Shown piece after piece: positions 1-13,359 of a stretch of 64,000 nucleotides of DNA. A program made the translations under genes and the position numbers. Location of the stretch: positions 181,141-245,140 of the forward strand of contig CAVSSI010000009.1 of assembly GCA_963730655.1 (NCBI GenBank). The letters run 5' to 3'. Every line of letters begins with the position of its first letter. The first letter of the stretch is position 1. The stretch comes from an uncultured Bacteroidota bacterium. Its GTDB lineage: Bacteria > Bacteroidota > Bacteroidia > Chitinophagales > Chitinophagaceae. Under the pieces are notes generated by a model. The model saw nothing but the letters and a program-made list of their open reading frames with translations, had not been told where the DNA came from and ran no database searches.

Positions 1-1231
1 AGGTGGAAAACAGTGCCGCCGCGGCCGGGATTACTGGCTCATAATTTTTATGGACAGCCTTCCGAAAAAATAAAACTGGTCGGCGTAACCGGCACCAATG
101 GAAAAACAACCATTGCCACCCTGCTGTATAAACTATTTACTTCACTGGGATATAAATGCGGATTGCTGAGCACCGTGCAGAATCATATTGGCAGACCAGG
201 TCATACCGGCTACCCATACCACACCGGACCCGGTATCCCTGAATGCAGCTGCTGAAGGAAATGGTGGATGCAGGCTGCACACATGTATTTATGGAAACCA
301 GTTCGCATGCCATTCACCAGCACCGGATTGCAGGATTGCATTATGCCGGTGGAATTTTCAGCAATATCACCCATGATCACCTGGATTATCATAAAACATT
401 TGATGAATATATCCGGGTAAAGAAATCATTTTTCGATTCACTTTCCTCCGCCGCATTTGCGATTACCAATGCAGATGATAAAAGAGGGGCAGTGATGTTG
501 CAGAATACAGCAGCTGCGAAAATATTTCTATAGCCTGAAAACGATGGCGGATTTTAAAGGAAAGATTCTGGAAAATAATCTGACCGGTCTGGTGATGACT
601 GGTAAATGACCAGGAAGTGCATTTCCGGCTGATCGGTGAATTCAATGCCTATAACCTGCTGGCGGTTTATGGAGCAGCTATTTGTCTGGGTGAAGAAAAA
701 GCAGGAGATTCTGCGCAACCTGAGTGTGCTGAGCGGTGCGGAAGGACAGATTCGATTATATGATTTCACCAAAGGAAAAAATTATCGGTATCGTGGATTA
801 TGCCCATACACCCGATGCACTGGTAAATGTACTGAGCACCATACAAAAACTGCGAAAGAACGACGAACACATTATTACGGTGGTGGGTTGCGGAGGCGAC
901 CGGGATAAAACCAAAAGACCGATCATGGGGGAAGTAGCCTGTGAGCTACAGCGATAAGGTGATTTTCACTTCCGACAATCCCCGAAGCGAAGAGGCCGAC
1001 AGATATCCTAAAAGATATGGAAGCCGGACTGAATACGGCGGCAAGAAGAAAATTTATTTCAATTAGTGACCGGAAAGAAGCGATAAAAACAGCGGTCAGT
1101 CTTGCACAGCCAGCAGATATCGTGCTGGTTGCCGGAAAAGGACATGAAAAATACCAGGAAATAAAAGGAGTGAAATATCCTTTCGACGATAAAGCAGTGC
1201 TGAAGGAAATTTTTGAATACTGGACAAATAG
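1..1231 (+). CDS. murE: UDP-MurNAc-tripeptide synthetase MurE (5' partial, split by several indels)
   Basis: Fragments 13..255, 243..533, 736..957, 1017.. give [55 protein letters not shown]. Probable true stop TAG 1229-1231. Confidence 0.93.
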
Positions 1232-1280
1232 AATTGGGATCGAATCCCGTAAACGGTTACTAAACAGACGGATCAACAAC

Positions 1281-2562
1281 ATGTTGTATCATCTATTCGA
1301 TTGGCTTAAACAAACAGGAGTTAAAGTACCCGGCGGGGCATTATTCCAGTTCATCACATTCCGGGTATTGCTGGCCGTTATCATTGTCGCTGGTGATCAC
1401 CATGCTTTTCGGCAAGAAACTGATCAATTATCTGCAGAAACCTGCAGGTAGGTGAAAGTGTTCGCGAACTGGGACTGGAAGGTGAACAACAGAAAAAAGG
1501 AACACCAACCATGGGCGGAATCATCATTATCCTGGCCATCCTGATTCCCACCCTGCTGCTGGCCAACCTGAATAAAGCCTATATCCGCCTGATGATTTTC
1601 AGTACCCTCTGGCTGGGTATGATCGGTTTTATTGATGATTATCTGAAACTGCGCGCCAAAAGAATGGCCCAGCAACAGGGAATTCAGTATAAAAAAGGCG
1701 ATAAGGACGGACTGGCAGGATGGTTTAAAATTCTCGGTCAGGTGGTTCTGGGTTTTGTTGTGGCTGCCACACTTTATTTCAACAGCAATACCAAAGTATG
1801 GCGGGAATTTGTAGGGAGATAAACCGACGGATACGATCGGCCTTAAAAAAGTAGTGCTGGATGGAAAGGAAAAACTATTTGTGGAAGCCAGGGAACCCAT
1901 TACCACCATTCCATTTGTAAAAAACCATGAATTCAATTATTCCAAACTATTGCCTGCACCCCTGCGCGGAGCTACCTGGATTCTTTATATCATGATTGTA
2001 ATTTTCATTATTACCGCTGTTTCGAATGGTGCCAATATAACGGATGGAATGGATGGACTGGCCACCGGCGTGAGTGCCGTAATCGGCACCTGTCTGGGCG
2101 TATTTGCCTATGCCAGCGGCAATCTCCGCTTTGCCGAATACCTGAATATCATGTATATCCCCAACCTGGGCGAGTTATCCATTTTCATCGGTGCGCTGAT
2201 CGGTGCCTGTTTGGGATTCCTCTGGTATAATGCCTATCCGGCGACAGGTATTCATGGGTGATACGGGAAGCCTGACCCTGGGCGGCATCATTGCGGCCCT
2301 GGCCATTATCGTTCGGAAGGAATTGCTGATTCCGATTTTCTGCGGTGTATTCCTGGTCGAAAACATGAGCGTGGTGTTACAGGTAAGTTATTTCAAATAC
2401 ACGAAGAAGAAATATGGCGAAGGCAGACGGATTTTTCTGATGAGCCCGCTGCATCATCATTATCAGAAACTGGGATATAATGAAAGTAAAATCGTAACGC
2501 GGTTTTGGATCGTAACGATTCTATGTGTGGTGTTTGCGATTGTAACATTGAAGATCAGATGA
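1281..2562 (+). CDS. mraY: Phospho-MurNAc-pentapeptide transferase MraY (frameshifted)
   Basis: ATG 1281 (MLYHLFDWL); [45 protein letters not shown]. Confidence 0.95.
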
Positions 2563-2598
2563 CCAGTAAGAAAAATAGCTGAAAAACCAACACATCAG

Positions 2599-2630
2599 GC
2601 TTAAAGCTTAGAGCATAAGGCTTAAGGCTT
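2599..2630. repeat. 7-bp tandem array (GCTTAAA family, ~4.5 copies)
   Basis: GCTTAAA GCTTAGA GCATAAG GCTTAAG GCTT. Confidence 0.75.
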
Positions 2631-2750
2631 TTTCCGGATATCCAAGAAAAACGAGTTCGAATATTGTGGTGCAGTATTTATTCATGCTTTTGAAGAACCT
2701 CTAATCCGCCCTTTGAAAGGATGACCGACGGCCGTTTTGGTGAATCGGGT

Positions 2751-2801
2751 ATGGTTGATGGTGGATGGAAGACCATACACCATATGCATCGACCACAAAC
2801 C
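2751..2801. repeat. Degenerate inverted 7-bp arrays (ATGGTTG / ACCATAC)
   Basis: ATGGTTG ATGGTGG ATGGAAG followed by ACCATAC ACCATAT..ACCACAA ACC just upstream of murD. Confidence 0.6.
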
Positions 2802-2808
2802 GAAATAA

Positions 2809-4165
<1,357 letters not shown>

Positions 4166-4168
4166 TAG

Positions 4169-4195
4169 CAACTGCCAACTGATCAACCGTCAACT
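4169..4195. repeat. 7-bp tandem array (CAACYGY family)
   Basis: CAACTGC CAACTGAT CAACCGT CAACT immediately before the ftsW ATG. Confidence 0.6.
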
Positions 4196-4200
4196 AAAAC

Positions 4201-5485
4201 ATGCAAGATAACAGTACCATAGAAATGAGGGCCTTTAAACACCTGGGTTCGAGAACCAAGGGCGATAAAGTGATTTGGGCGGTAGTTGTTTTACTGGCCC
4301 TGATGTCTCTGCTGGCTGTTTACAGTTCTACCGGATTGCTGGCTTATAAAATGTATAAGGGCAATACGGAAATTTATCTCTTCAAACAATTTGCATTTAT
4401 CATGGCCGGTGTGATGATCATTTATTTTGCACACAGGTCAACTATATCATTTATGCCAGGGTAGCAAAAATTCTTTTTCTCATTTCCATTCCCTTGTTGT
4501 TCTATACATTATTTTTTGGTGTAAAACTGAATGAAGGCAGCCGCTGGATCCGGCTGCCCATCGTCAATATGACATTTCAAACTTCCGACCTGGCCAAGCT
4601 GGCCCTGATCATGTATATCAGCCGGCTGCTCAGCAGGAAACAGGATCAGATAAAAGATTTCAAAAAGGGATTTTTGCCCGTGATCCTTCCGGTGGCCGTG
4701 GTTTGCCTGTTGATCGCACCTGCCAATCTTTCCACGGCCCTGCTCATCGGGGCAACCTGCATGATGCTGATGTTTATCGGAAGGGTCAGTGGCAAACATC
4801 TCTTACTGACTATCGGTATCGCCATGATCCCGGTAATGATCCTGATCCTGGCTGCCGTGATCCGGCATAAAACCGACCGAACCGCCAACCGCCAACCATC
4901 AACCGTCAACCCATTCAGACTTATTCGTACGCGTAGATACCTGGATCAACCGGGTGGAGAATTTCATGTATGGAAGCAAAGTCGGATAAAGCAGATGATA
5001 ATTACCAGGTAAACCAGGCAAAAATTGCTGTTGCCAATGGTGGATGGATCGGACTGGGACCCGGCAACAGCCGGCAGCGAAATTTTCTTCCCCATCCCTA
5101 TTCAGATTTTATTTATGCGATCATCATTGAAGAATATGGATTGATCGGCGGTGCCATCATCATGTTTATTTACCTGGTCTTCCTGTTCAGGAGCATACGC
5201 ATATTTAAAAAATGCCCTTTTGCCTTTGGTGCCTTCCTGGCCCTGGGACTGAGTTTTACGCTGATGATCCAGGCAATTGCAAATATGGCGGTGAATGTAA
5301 ATCTGTTTCCGGTAACCGGCGTAACCCTGCCGCTGATCAGCATGGGCGGAAGTTCTTTTTTATTTACCTGTCTGGCCATCGGAATCATATTAAGTGTGGC
5401 GCGCAATGCGGAAAAAGTGGAAGGAGAAGAGAAAGCCGTGCTGGCCATGGAAGTTGCGGAGGAGAATTCGGGGTTGGAGGATTAG
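4201..5485 (+). CDS. ftsW: Cell division SEDS protein FtsW (frameshifted)
   Basis: Multi-TM; SRWIRLP, FQTSDLAK, GLGPGNS, LPHPYSDFIYAIIIEEYG, PVTGVTLPLISMGGSS; dcw position. Confidence 0.93.
4880..4911. repeat. 7-bp tandem array inside ftsW coding sequence
   Basis: AACCGCC AACCGCC AACCATC AACCGTC AACC. Confidence 0.75.
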
Positions 5486-5541
5486 AGGATTAGAGATTGA
5501 GTTAGAGATTAGATGATTAGAAGATTAGATGATTAGGGATT
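5472..5541. repeat. ~8-bp tandem array (GATTAGAN), contains ftsW stop codon
   Basis: GGTTGGAG GATTAGAG GATTAGA..GATTAGAT GATTAGAA GATTAGAT GATTAGG GATT. Confidence 0.8.
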
Positions 5542-5592
5542 CGAAATTATATAAGATGCAGTCAGAATATATGAAAGTGTATAAGTTTAAAT

Positions 5593-5626
5593 ATTCTCAA
5601 ATTTCCAAATTCTCAAATTCTCAAAT
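5593..5626. repeat. 8-bp tandem array (ATTCTCAA x4) abutting the murG TTG start
   Basis: ATTCTCAA ATTTCCAA ATTCTCAA ATTCTCAA AT-TTG. Confidence 0.85.
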
Positions 5627-6721
5627 TTGAGCAGACGAATTATCATAGCAGGAGGCGGAACAGGCGGACATATTTTTCCGGCCCTGGCGATTGCCAATGC
5701 ATTGAAAAAAAAGGAACCGGATATGGATATTCTTTTTGTGGGCGCAAAGGGAAAAATGGAAATGGAAAAAATCCCGGAAGCAGGATATCCCATTAAAGGG
5801 ATTGATATCGCCGGTTACAACAGAAGTTCTTTGATAAAAAATATCGCACTACCATACAAACTGATTAAAAGTTTTCTCCAGGTGAAAGGAATATTTGCAA
5901 TCTTTCAAACCGCAGGCAGCCATCGGTGTGGGTGGATACAGCACTTTCCCGGTATTGCGATATGCACAGGCGAAAGGGATTCCCACTTTTATCCATGAAT
6001 CGAATTCCTTTGCGGGTAAAGTCAATCAGCTGCTGGGAAAAAAAGCTACGCGCATTTTTGCGGCCAGCGACGGAATGGAAAAATTTTTTCCTGCCAGCCG
6101 TCTGATACATACCGGTAATCCGGTTCGCAAAAATGTGGTGGCGAACCAGATTTCACGGGAAGAAGGAATTTCCTTTTTTGGTTTGGATCCCCAATACACA
6201 ACGGTATTGATAACGGGTGGAAGTCTGGGTGCGAAATCCATGAATGAAGCCATTGATGCGGGTATTCAGCAGCTGATGAAAAATCAGATTCAGCTGATCT
6301 GGCAAACCGGAAAATCCTTTGCTGCACAGGCCGCAAAACATGCAGTCGGAATCCAAGACTGATCTGGACCGGTGAATTTATTTCAAAAATGGAATTTGCA
6401 TATGCCGCAGCAGATATTGTTGTCTCCCGTTCCGGATCGGTATTGTATGAATTGTGTGCAGTGAGAAAACCGGTGATTTTTGTTCCCTATCCACATGCAG
6501 CAGAAGATCATCAGACCGTAAATGCCGAAAATCTGGTCAGAAAAAATGCAGCTATCCTGATTCCGGATAAGGATGCCGGAGAAAATCTGGTTTCGGAAAT
6601 CGTAGAACTGGCAAAAAATAAACCGGAACAGGAAATATTAAAAGAAAATATCGGCAAACTGGCGATCACCGATGCAGATGAAAAAATTGCAACTGAAATT
6701 TTGAAAACACTGAATGGCTGA
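5627..6721 (+). CDS. murG: Glycosyltransferase MurG (frameshifted)
   Basis: [49 protein letters not shown]. Confidence 0.95.
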
Positions 6722-8085
6722 TCTAAAAAACATACATAATCTCTATTTCATCGGTATCGGTGGAATCGGCATGAGTGCCCTGGCCCGTTATTTTCGTCAC
6801 CAGGGAAAAACGGTTAGCGGGTATGATAAAACAGAAACGGCACTTACAAAGGCATTGGTGGCAGAAGGCATTCCGGTTACCTACACTGGATGATCCGTCG
6901 GCTGTTCCGAAAGATGTCCAGCTTGTGGTTTTTACACCTGCTATTCCAAAAGACAATAAAGGCCTGAATTATTACCAGGGAGCATGGATATGAATTAATG
7001 AAACGAAGTGAAGTGCTGGGATTGATTACGGCAGATTCATTGAATGTATGTGTGGCGGGAACACATGGTAAAACAACCATCAGTACCATGATTGCGCATA
7101 TCCTGCGCGACAGTGGTATGGGGTCCAATGCTTTCCTGGGTGGCATTTCAGCCAACTACAACACGAATTTCTGGAGTCATAAAAATAATATCTGTGTTGT
7201 GGAAGCGGATGAATATGACCGGAGTTTTCTGAAACTGCATCCGGATATTGCCGTGATCAGCTCCATGGATGCTGATCACCTGGATATTTATGGAACGGCG
7301 AAGCGGTAAAGGAAGCCTTTATTGCCTTCAGTGAAAAAATAAAATCCGGCGGCACCCTGGTGCAGAAACATGGATTGCCAATTCCCAAACCCGCAGCGAC
7401 ATTCAGCAACTCAGTTATCATCTGAACGACCATAACGCAGATGTATATACGAAGAACCTCCGGATACAGTCCGGCAATTATGTTTTTGATGTGGAAGGAA
7501 AGGAAGGAAAACTGAGAGAATGTGCAATTGAATGTGGGCGGATGGCACAATGTGGAAAATGCACTGGCGGCCATTACAGCCTGCCGCAAACTGGGACTGG
7601 GAAGTGAAAAGATAATTCCCGCTCTGAATAATTACAAAGGCGTAAGGAGAAGATTTGAATATCATGTTCAGAACGAATCCCTTGTATATATTGATGACTA
7701 TGCACATCATCCCCGGGAACTGGAAGTGCTGATCAGCAGCGCCCGGGAACTTTTCCCGGACAGAAAAATGGTGATTATTTTTCAGCCTCATTTATTCAGC
7801 CGGACCCGGGATTTCGCAGATGGTTTTGCCAATGCTCTGGACAAAGCAGATGAAGTGATTTTATTGCCGGTTTATCCGGCCAGGGAATTGCCCATCGAAG
7901 GAATTAGCAGCTCAACCATTTTGAATAAAATGACCCGGGCAAAAAAACAAATCCTGGATAAAAAGGAAATACTGCTTTGGGCAGCAGACCTTCAACCAAA
8001 AGAAAAATTAGTCGTGATCACGGCAGGAGCCGGTGATATTGATGAATTGGTTAAACCGTTTACTGACCTATTTAAATCAAAATGA
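6714..8085 (+). CDS. murC: UDP-MurNAc--L-Ala ligase MurC (frameshifted)
   Basis: ATG 6714; [52 protein letters not shown]. Confidence 0.95.
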
Positions 8086-9080
8086 ATATAAAAGCAAATT
8101 GAAAAAAATTTTTACTGTCATGCTCTGGTGCCTTTTGGGCGGCTCCGGACTGGCTCTTCTGATTGCTGCCATCAATTCCAAAAACAGCAGTCTCTGTCAG
8201 GGAATGGAAGTGGAAATCAATGGCGGCGGCAAAGCCTTGTTCCTGAATAAAAGAGATGTGCGCACTGATGCTGGAAAAGGAAGGGCTTAAAGATATTAAG
8301 GATAAAAAAATGGCATCTTTCGATCTGCTGAAAATGGAAAATATTCTCCGAAGGAATACCTGGATCAGGGATGTACAGTTGTATTTCGACAATAACCAGA
8401 TCCTGAAAATACGTATACAGGAAAGGCAACCGGTTGCCCGGATGTTTACGGTTTCAGGAAATAGTTTCCTGATAGACAGTACAGGGAGTGCAAATGCCTG
8501 TTCCGGAAAGGAATGTTTTCAGACTTCCCGTATTTACCGGTTATCCACAGGATAAATTTGGACTACAAAGGGACAGTGCCCTGAATCGCCAAATCAGGGA
8601 TCTGGCTGTATTTCTGAATCAGGATCCATTCTGGTCGGGTCAGATTCAGGAAGTGAATATCAGTGCCGGCAAAACATTTCATGATGACCCCGCTGATCGG
8701 AAACCAGGTTATTGAATTCGGAGATGGCAATGATTATGAGAATAAATTTCACCGGCTATTTGTTTTTTATAAAACAGTGATGACACAAACCGGATTTGAA
8801 AAATATACCGGCATCAACCTGGCTTATTCGAACCAGGTAATTGCCACACGCAAAGAAGGAATTATTTCCAGAGCGGATTCCATTCAGGCAAGAAAAAATG
8901 TTATGGAAATGATTCGTATGGCGCAGAAGATGGAAACGGATACCGGCATAATCAGGGAAGTAAAACCATTGGAAAGAAATACCATGACGGAACAGAATCT
9001 CCGGGGTTACTGATCTTCCGGAAGAAAACGAAAATCAAACCGAAACAGATAATAAACATCAGAAACAACAACAAAAATAA
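8082..9080 (+). CDS. ftsQ: Cell division protein FtsQ/DivIB (frameshifted; end 9013 or 9080)
   Basis: N-terminal TM helix, IQERQPVAR POTRA-like segment, position between murC and ftsA. Confidence 0.8.
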
Positions 9081-9088
9081 ACCAAACC

Positions 9089-10466
9089 ATGAACCAGGAA
9101 CAACCCATTATTGTAGGACTCGACATTGGCACAACAAAAATTGCTGCCATTGCAGGTCGTAAAAATGAATTCGGCAAACTGGAAATCCTTGGCTTTGGCC
9201 GGGCCAATTCAAATGGCGTAAAACACGGCCAGGTGCTGAATATCGATGAAACCATCAAGGCCATCCGAATGGCACTTGACAATTGTTATGCTTCCAATCC
9301 CAACCTGGCTATTTCGGAAGTATATGTCGGTATTGCAGGTCATCATATTAAAAGCCTGCAAACCCGCGGCGATATCGTTCGGCAGAGTACCGAAGATGAA
9401 ATTACCCAAAAAGAAATTGACCAGCTGGTGGCCGATCAGTACAAAACCTATATTCCTGCCGGCGACCAGATCATCGATGTGATTCCGCAGGAATTTACGG
9501 TGGATAATTTTCAAAATATCATCAGCCCGATCGGATATGGCGGTGTAAAAGTGGGCGCCAATTTCCATATTATCACCGGCGATAAAAATGCCATCAAAAA
9601 TATCAACCGCGCAGTTGAAAAAAGCGGATTGCAAACCAAGGACCTGGTGTTGCAACCACTGGCTTCTGCTGCAGCGGTTATGGGACAGGAAGACCTCGAA
9701 GCCGGTGTCGCCATCGTGGATATCGGCGGTGGTACAACTGACCTGGCTGTATTTTATGAAGGAATTCTGAAACATACGGCGGTTATTCCTTTTGGCGGAG
9801 AAAATATTACCAATGATATTAAAACCGGACTTGGTGTTTTAAAAACACAGGCTGAACAAATGAAAGTGCAGTTTGGATCTGCACTCTCCAATGAAGCAAA
9901 GGCAAATGCCTTCATCACGATTCCGGGTTTGCGCGGAATGCCGGCAAAGGAAATCAGTGTAAAGAACCTGGCCAATATTATCCAGGCACGGATGAGCGAG
10001 ATCATGGATTTTGTTTCCTATCATCTGAAACAGGTGGGTCTCGATAACAAAATGCTGAATGGCGGAATCGTGCTGACCGGTGGTGGTTCCCAGTTAAAAC
10101 ATCTGATCCAGTTAACAGAATATGTAACCGGACTGAATGCACGAATCGGTTATCCGAACGAACACCTGGCATCCGGACATATTGAAGAACTGGCCAAGAC
10201 CAACCTATTCAACCTGTATCGGTTTAATCCTGAAAGGATACAGTGATTATGAACATAACCGCAAGCAGTTTGAAAAAACACATGTACAGGTTGAAATTCC
10301 GACCGCACTTAAAACACCGGAGATTGTTAAGGAAGAAGTGGTTGTTACGGAAGAAGAGAAGCAACGGTCAAGAGTTATAAACAGAGGTGGAATAAAAGAT
10401 TTCTGGGGTAAATTCAAAGACGGTATCATTGACTTGTTTAAAGAAGAAGAAGATCACGCCCTTTAA
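9089..10466 (+). CDS. ftsA: Cell division protein FtsA (one indel near 10197)
   Basis: VGLDIGTTKI, VDIGGGTTD, VLTGGGSQL, C-terminal amphipathic FWGKFKDGIIDLF. Confidence 0.97.
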
Positions 10467-10493
10467 TACTATACAAACCTTTAATTCTATTTT

Positions 10494-12352
10494 ATGATCC
10501 AGTTTGATTTACCCAAAGAAAAATCATCCATCATCAAAGTGATTGGTGTGGGTGGCGGAGGAAGCAATGCAGTCAACCATATGTTCAGCCAGAATATTGA
10601 AGGCGTCAATTTTATTATCTGTAATACCGATGCACAGGCAATTGCGCAAAGCCGTGTTCCAAATAAAATACAGCTCGGTCCGCACTTAACCCAGGGACTG
10701 GGTGCCGGCGCCAATCCGGATATCGGCCGACAGGCAACAGAAGAAAGCCTGGAGGAAATAAAATCCATCCTGGAAGTAAATACCAAAATGGCTTTTATCA
10801 CTGCCGGTATGGGCGGTGGAACCGGAACCGGCGGCGCACCCATTCTTGCAAAAATCTGTAAGGATCTGGGCATTCTTACCGTGGGTATTGTAACAACTCC
10901 TTTTTCCTATGAAGGGAAAAAAAGACAATTGCAGGCCGAAGAAGGAATTCATCTGTTGAAAGATTATGTGGATACCCTGCTTGTGATCAGCAATGATAAA
11001 CTGCGTCACCAGTTCGGAAATCTGAAAATGAAAGAAGCATTTTCAAAGGCCGACAATGTGCTGGCAACAGCAGCAAAATGTATTACCGATGTAATCAACA
11101 GTACCGGCCAGATCAATGTGGATTTTGCAGATGTATGTACGGTAATGCGTAATGGCGGTGTTGCCATTCTGGGAAGTGCAGCTGCAGCCGGCAGCAACCG
11201 GGCGCAACAGGCGATTGAAGAAGCACTGAATTCACCATTGCTCAATGACAATGATATCCGCGGCGCCAAATGGATACTGATCAATATCAATTCTTCCGAA
11301 GGTGATCATGAATTCACGATGGATGAAGTGGAAATCATCCAGAATCACCTGATCAGCCAGGCCGGTGAAGATACTGATGTGATCCTGGGACTGGGTTATG
11401 ATGCATCGCTGGGAGATAAAATTGGTATTACAATCATCGCTACCGGATTTGAATATAAGGATCCATTTAAACGGGCAGAAAAACCGGCTGCTCCAAAAAA
11501 AGAAGAGAAGATTGTAATGCCTTGCAAATGCCGGTTCAGGAACTGGTGAAAACCAAAGAAATTCCGGTGGCCGAACCGGAACCTAAACTGGAAAAGGCGG
11601 CCCGGATGGCGGATGCAGGAAATATAATGGAAATTATCATGCCGGTATCAGCCCTTTCAAAAGAAATGGAACCCAAACTGGTTGAAACGCCTGTGCCGGA
11701 AGGGAGAAAATCAGGCCCTGTAGTGATGATGCCGCCCAAATCAGAAAACCGCTCTGCTCCGGAAAAGCCTGTGGATAAAAAGATAACGGAAGAACCAATA
11801 GAATGGATATTTTCACAAGAGACTGCCAAAACACCTTCTTCGGGTGGATACCTTACAAGACCTTCCAATATTTATGATGAAGAATCCAAAGAATCGGAAT
11901 CCCTGTCGCAGGATATTCCGTTAAAGGATCTGATCATTCATACGACTGCAAAAAATTCGACTTCGGATGAAAATCCTTCCGCCGATATGCAGCTCGTATT
12001 CAAAGATGAAATTCCAGCGGCGGATGTGCCTCGGGCCCATCAAACTCAACCGGTATCTATGGCGGATCAGCCTGCAGAGGAGCCTGCGGTGCAGGACGAA
12101 GCAGAAGGCCTGAAACGCCGAGCAGCAGAAAGGATCAACAAGTTGCGCAACTTGTCGTTCAATATGAATGCTGCGGATCCGAATAATGAGTTTGAAACTG
12201 TGCCGGCTTACATCCGCCGAAATCTGGAACTGTACAATACCGTCACCAGTGTAGAAAGTTTTTACAGCCAGTATGAAGTTAAATCCGATAAAAATAGTCC
12301 GGGTGAAATCAGTACCATCAATAGTTTTCTGGATGGAAAAAAACCTGACTAA
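10494..12352 (+). CDS. ftsZ: Cell division GTPase FtsZ with long linker (one indel near 11520)
   Basis: KVIGVGGGGSNAV, AGMGGGTGTG, INVDFADV, C-terminal VPAYIR and NSFLDGKKPD. Confidence 0.97.
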
Positions 12353-12383
12353 CAGGTTTAATTTCGTTTGTTTTTAGTTGTTT

Positions 12384-12417
12384 ATCCTTCCCACCGTTTG
12401 TGGGAAGGATTTTTTTT
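12384..12417 (+). terminator. Intrinsic terminator ending the dcw operon
   Basis: ATCCTTCCCAC-cgttt-GTGGGAAGGAT then T run. Confidence 0.85.
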
Positions 12418-12437
12418 AGGGCTTAATTATTTAGAAG

Positions 12438-13359
12438 ATGGATACAGTCATCATTACCGGCGGTACAGGCCTTATCGGAAGGGCACTTTCCGCTTATCTT
12501 GTATCCAGGGGAATGCAGGTTATTATTCTCACCCGCGAACCCAGATCGCACCGGAGTTCATCTCCCGGAATTTCATATGCAGCCTGGAATATTGAAGAAC
12601 AGTCCGTCAATGAAGAGCCATTCCATAAGGCGAAATTTGTTATTCACCTGGCAGGAGCCGGTGTAGCAGATAAACGCTGGACAGAAAAAAGAAAAAAAGA
12701 AATTCTGGAAAGCCGCACAAAAAGCGGTTCGCTTCTCATTAAAGTGTTACAACAGGTTCCCAATGAAATTGTATCGGTTGTCAGCGCATCTGCCATCGGC
12801 TGGTATAAAAAAAACAATCCGGTACCGGCAATTGAAACAGATCCGCCGGGTCAGGGTTTTTTGAGTGAAACCTGCGTGGCCTGGGAAAATTCCATCAAAC
12901 CCGTTACAGAACTTGGGAAAAGACTGGTGATCCTGAGAACCGGAATTGTACTGAGCAATGATGGCGGCGCTTTCCCTGAATTTGCCAAACCGGTCCGGTT
13001 TGGTATTGCCGGTATTTTAGGAAATGGAAAACAAATGATAAGCTGGATTCATATTGAAGACTTATGCCGGATATACATGGAAGCCATGTTGAATGCATCG
13101 CTGTCCGGAATTTATAATGCGGTTGCTCCGCAGCCGGTGAGCAACCGGAACTTTTACGCTGGATCTTGCGAAAAGAATAAAAGGAAGTTTTTATATTCCG
13201 ATTCCGGTACCGGAATTTATACTCCGGCTGATGCTGGGAGACAGGAGCGAAGAGGTCTTGAAAAGCAGCAACGTCAGCTCAGACAAATTAAAACAACAGG
13301 GTTTTCAGTTTATTTATCCTACCACCGATGCTGCTTTCCGGGATCTCGTTTCGCGCTGA
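12438..13359 (+). CDS. TIGR01777-family NAD-dependent epimerase/oxidoreductase (indel near 13155)
   Basis: ITGGTGLIG, HLAGAGVADKRWT, SASAIGWY, LRTGIVL, SWIHIEDL, NAVAP. Confidence 0.88.

Noticed and set aside
2559-2724. Small ORF between mraY and murD (..EFEYCGAVFIHAFEEPLIRPLKG*)
   Set aside because: No continuous frame from the ATG at 2559; stops at 2580 and 2623. It could be an array- or error-broken sORF but cannot be supported.
11460-12120. Unusually long Pro/Glu-rich FtsZ extension
   Set aside because: Long FtsZ linkers are normal in Bacteroidota.
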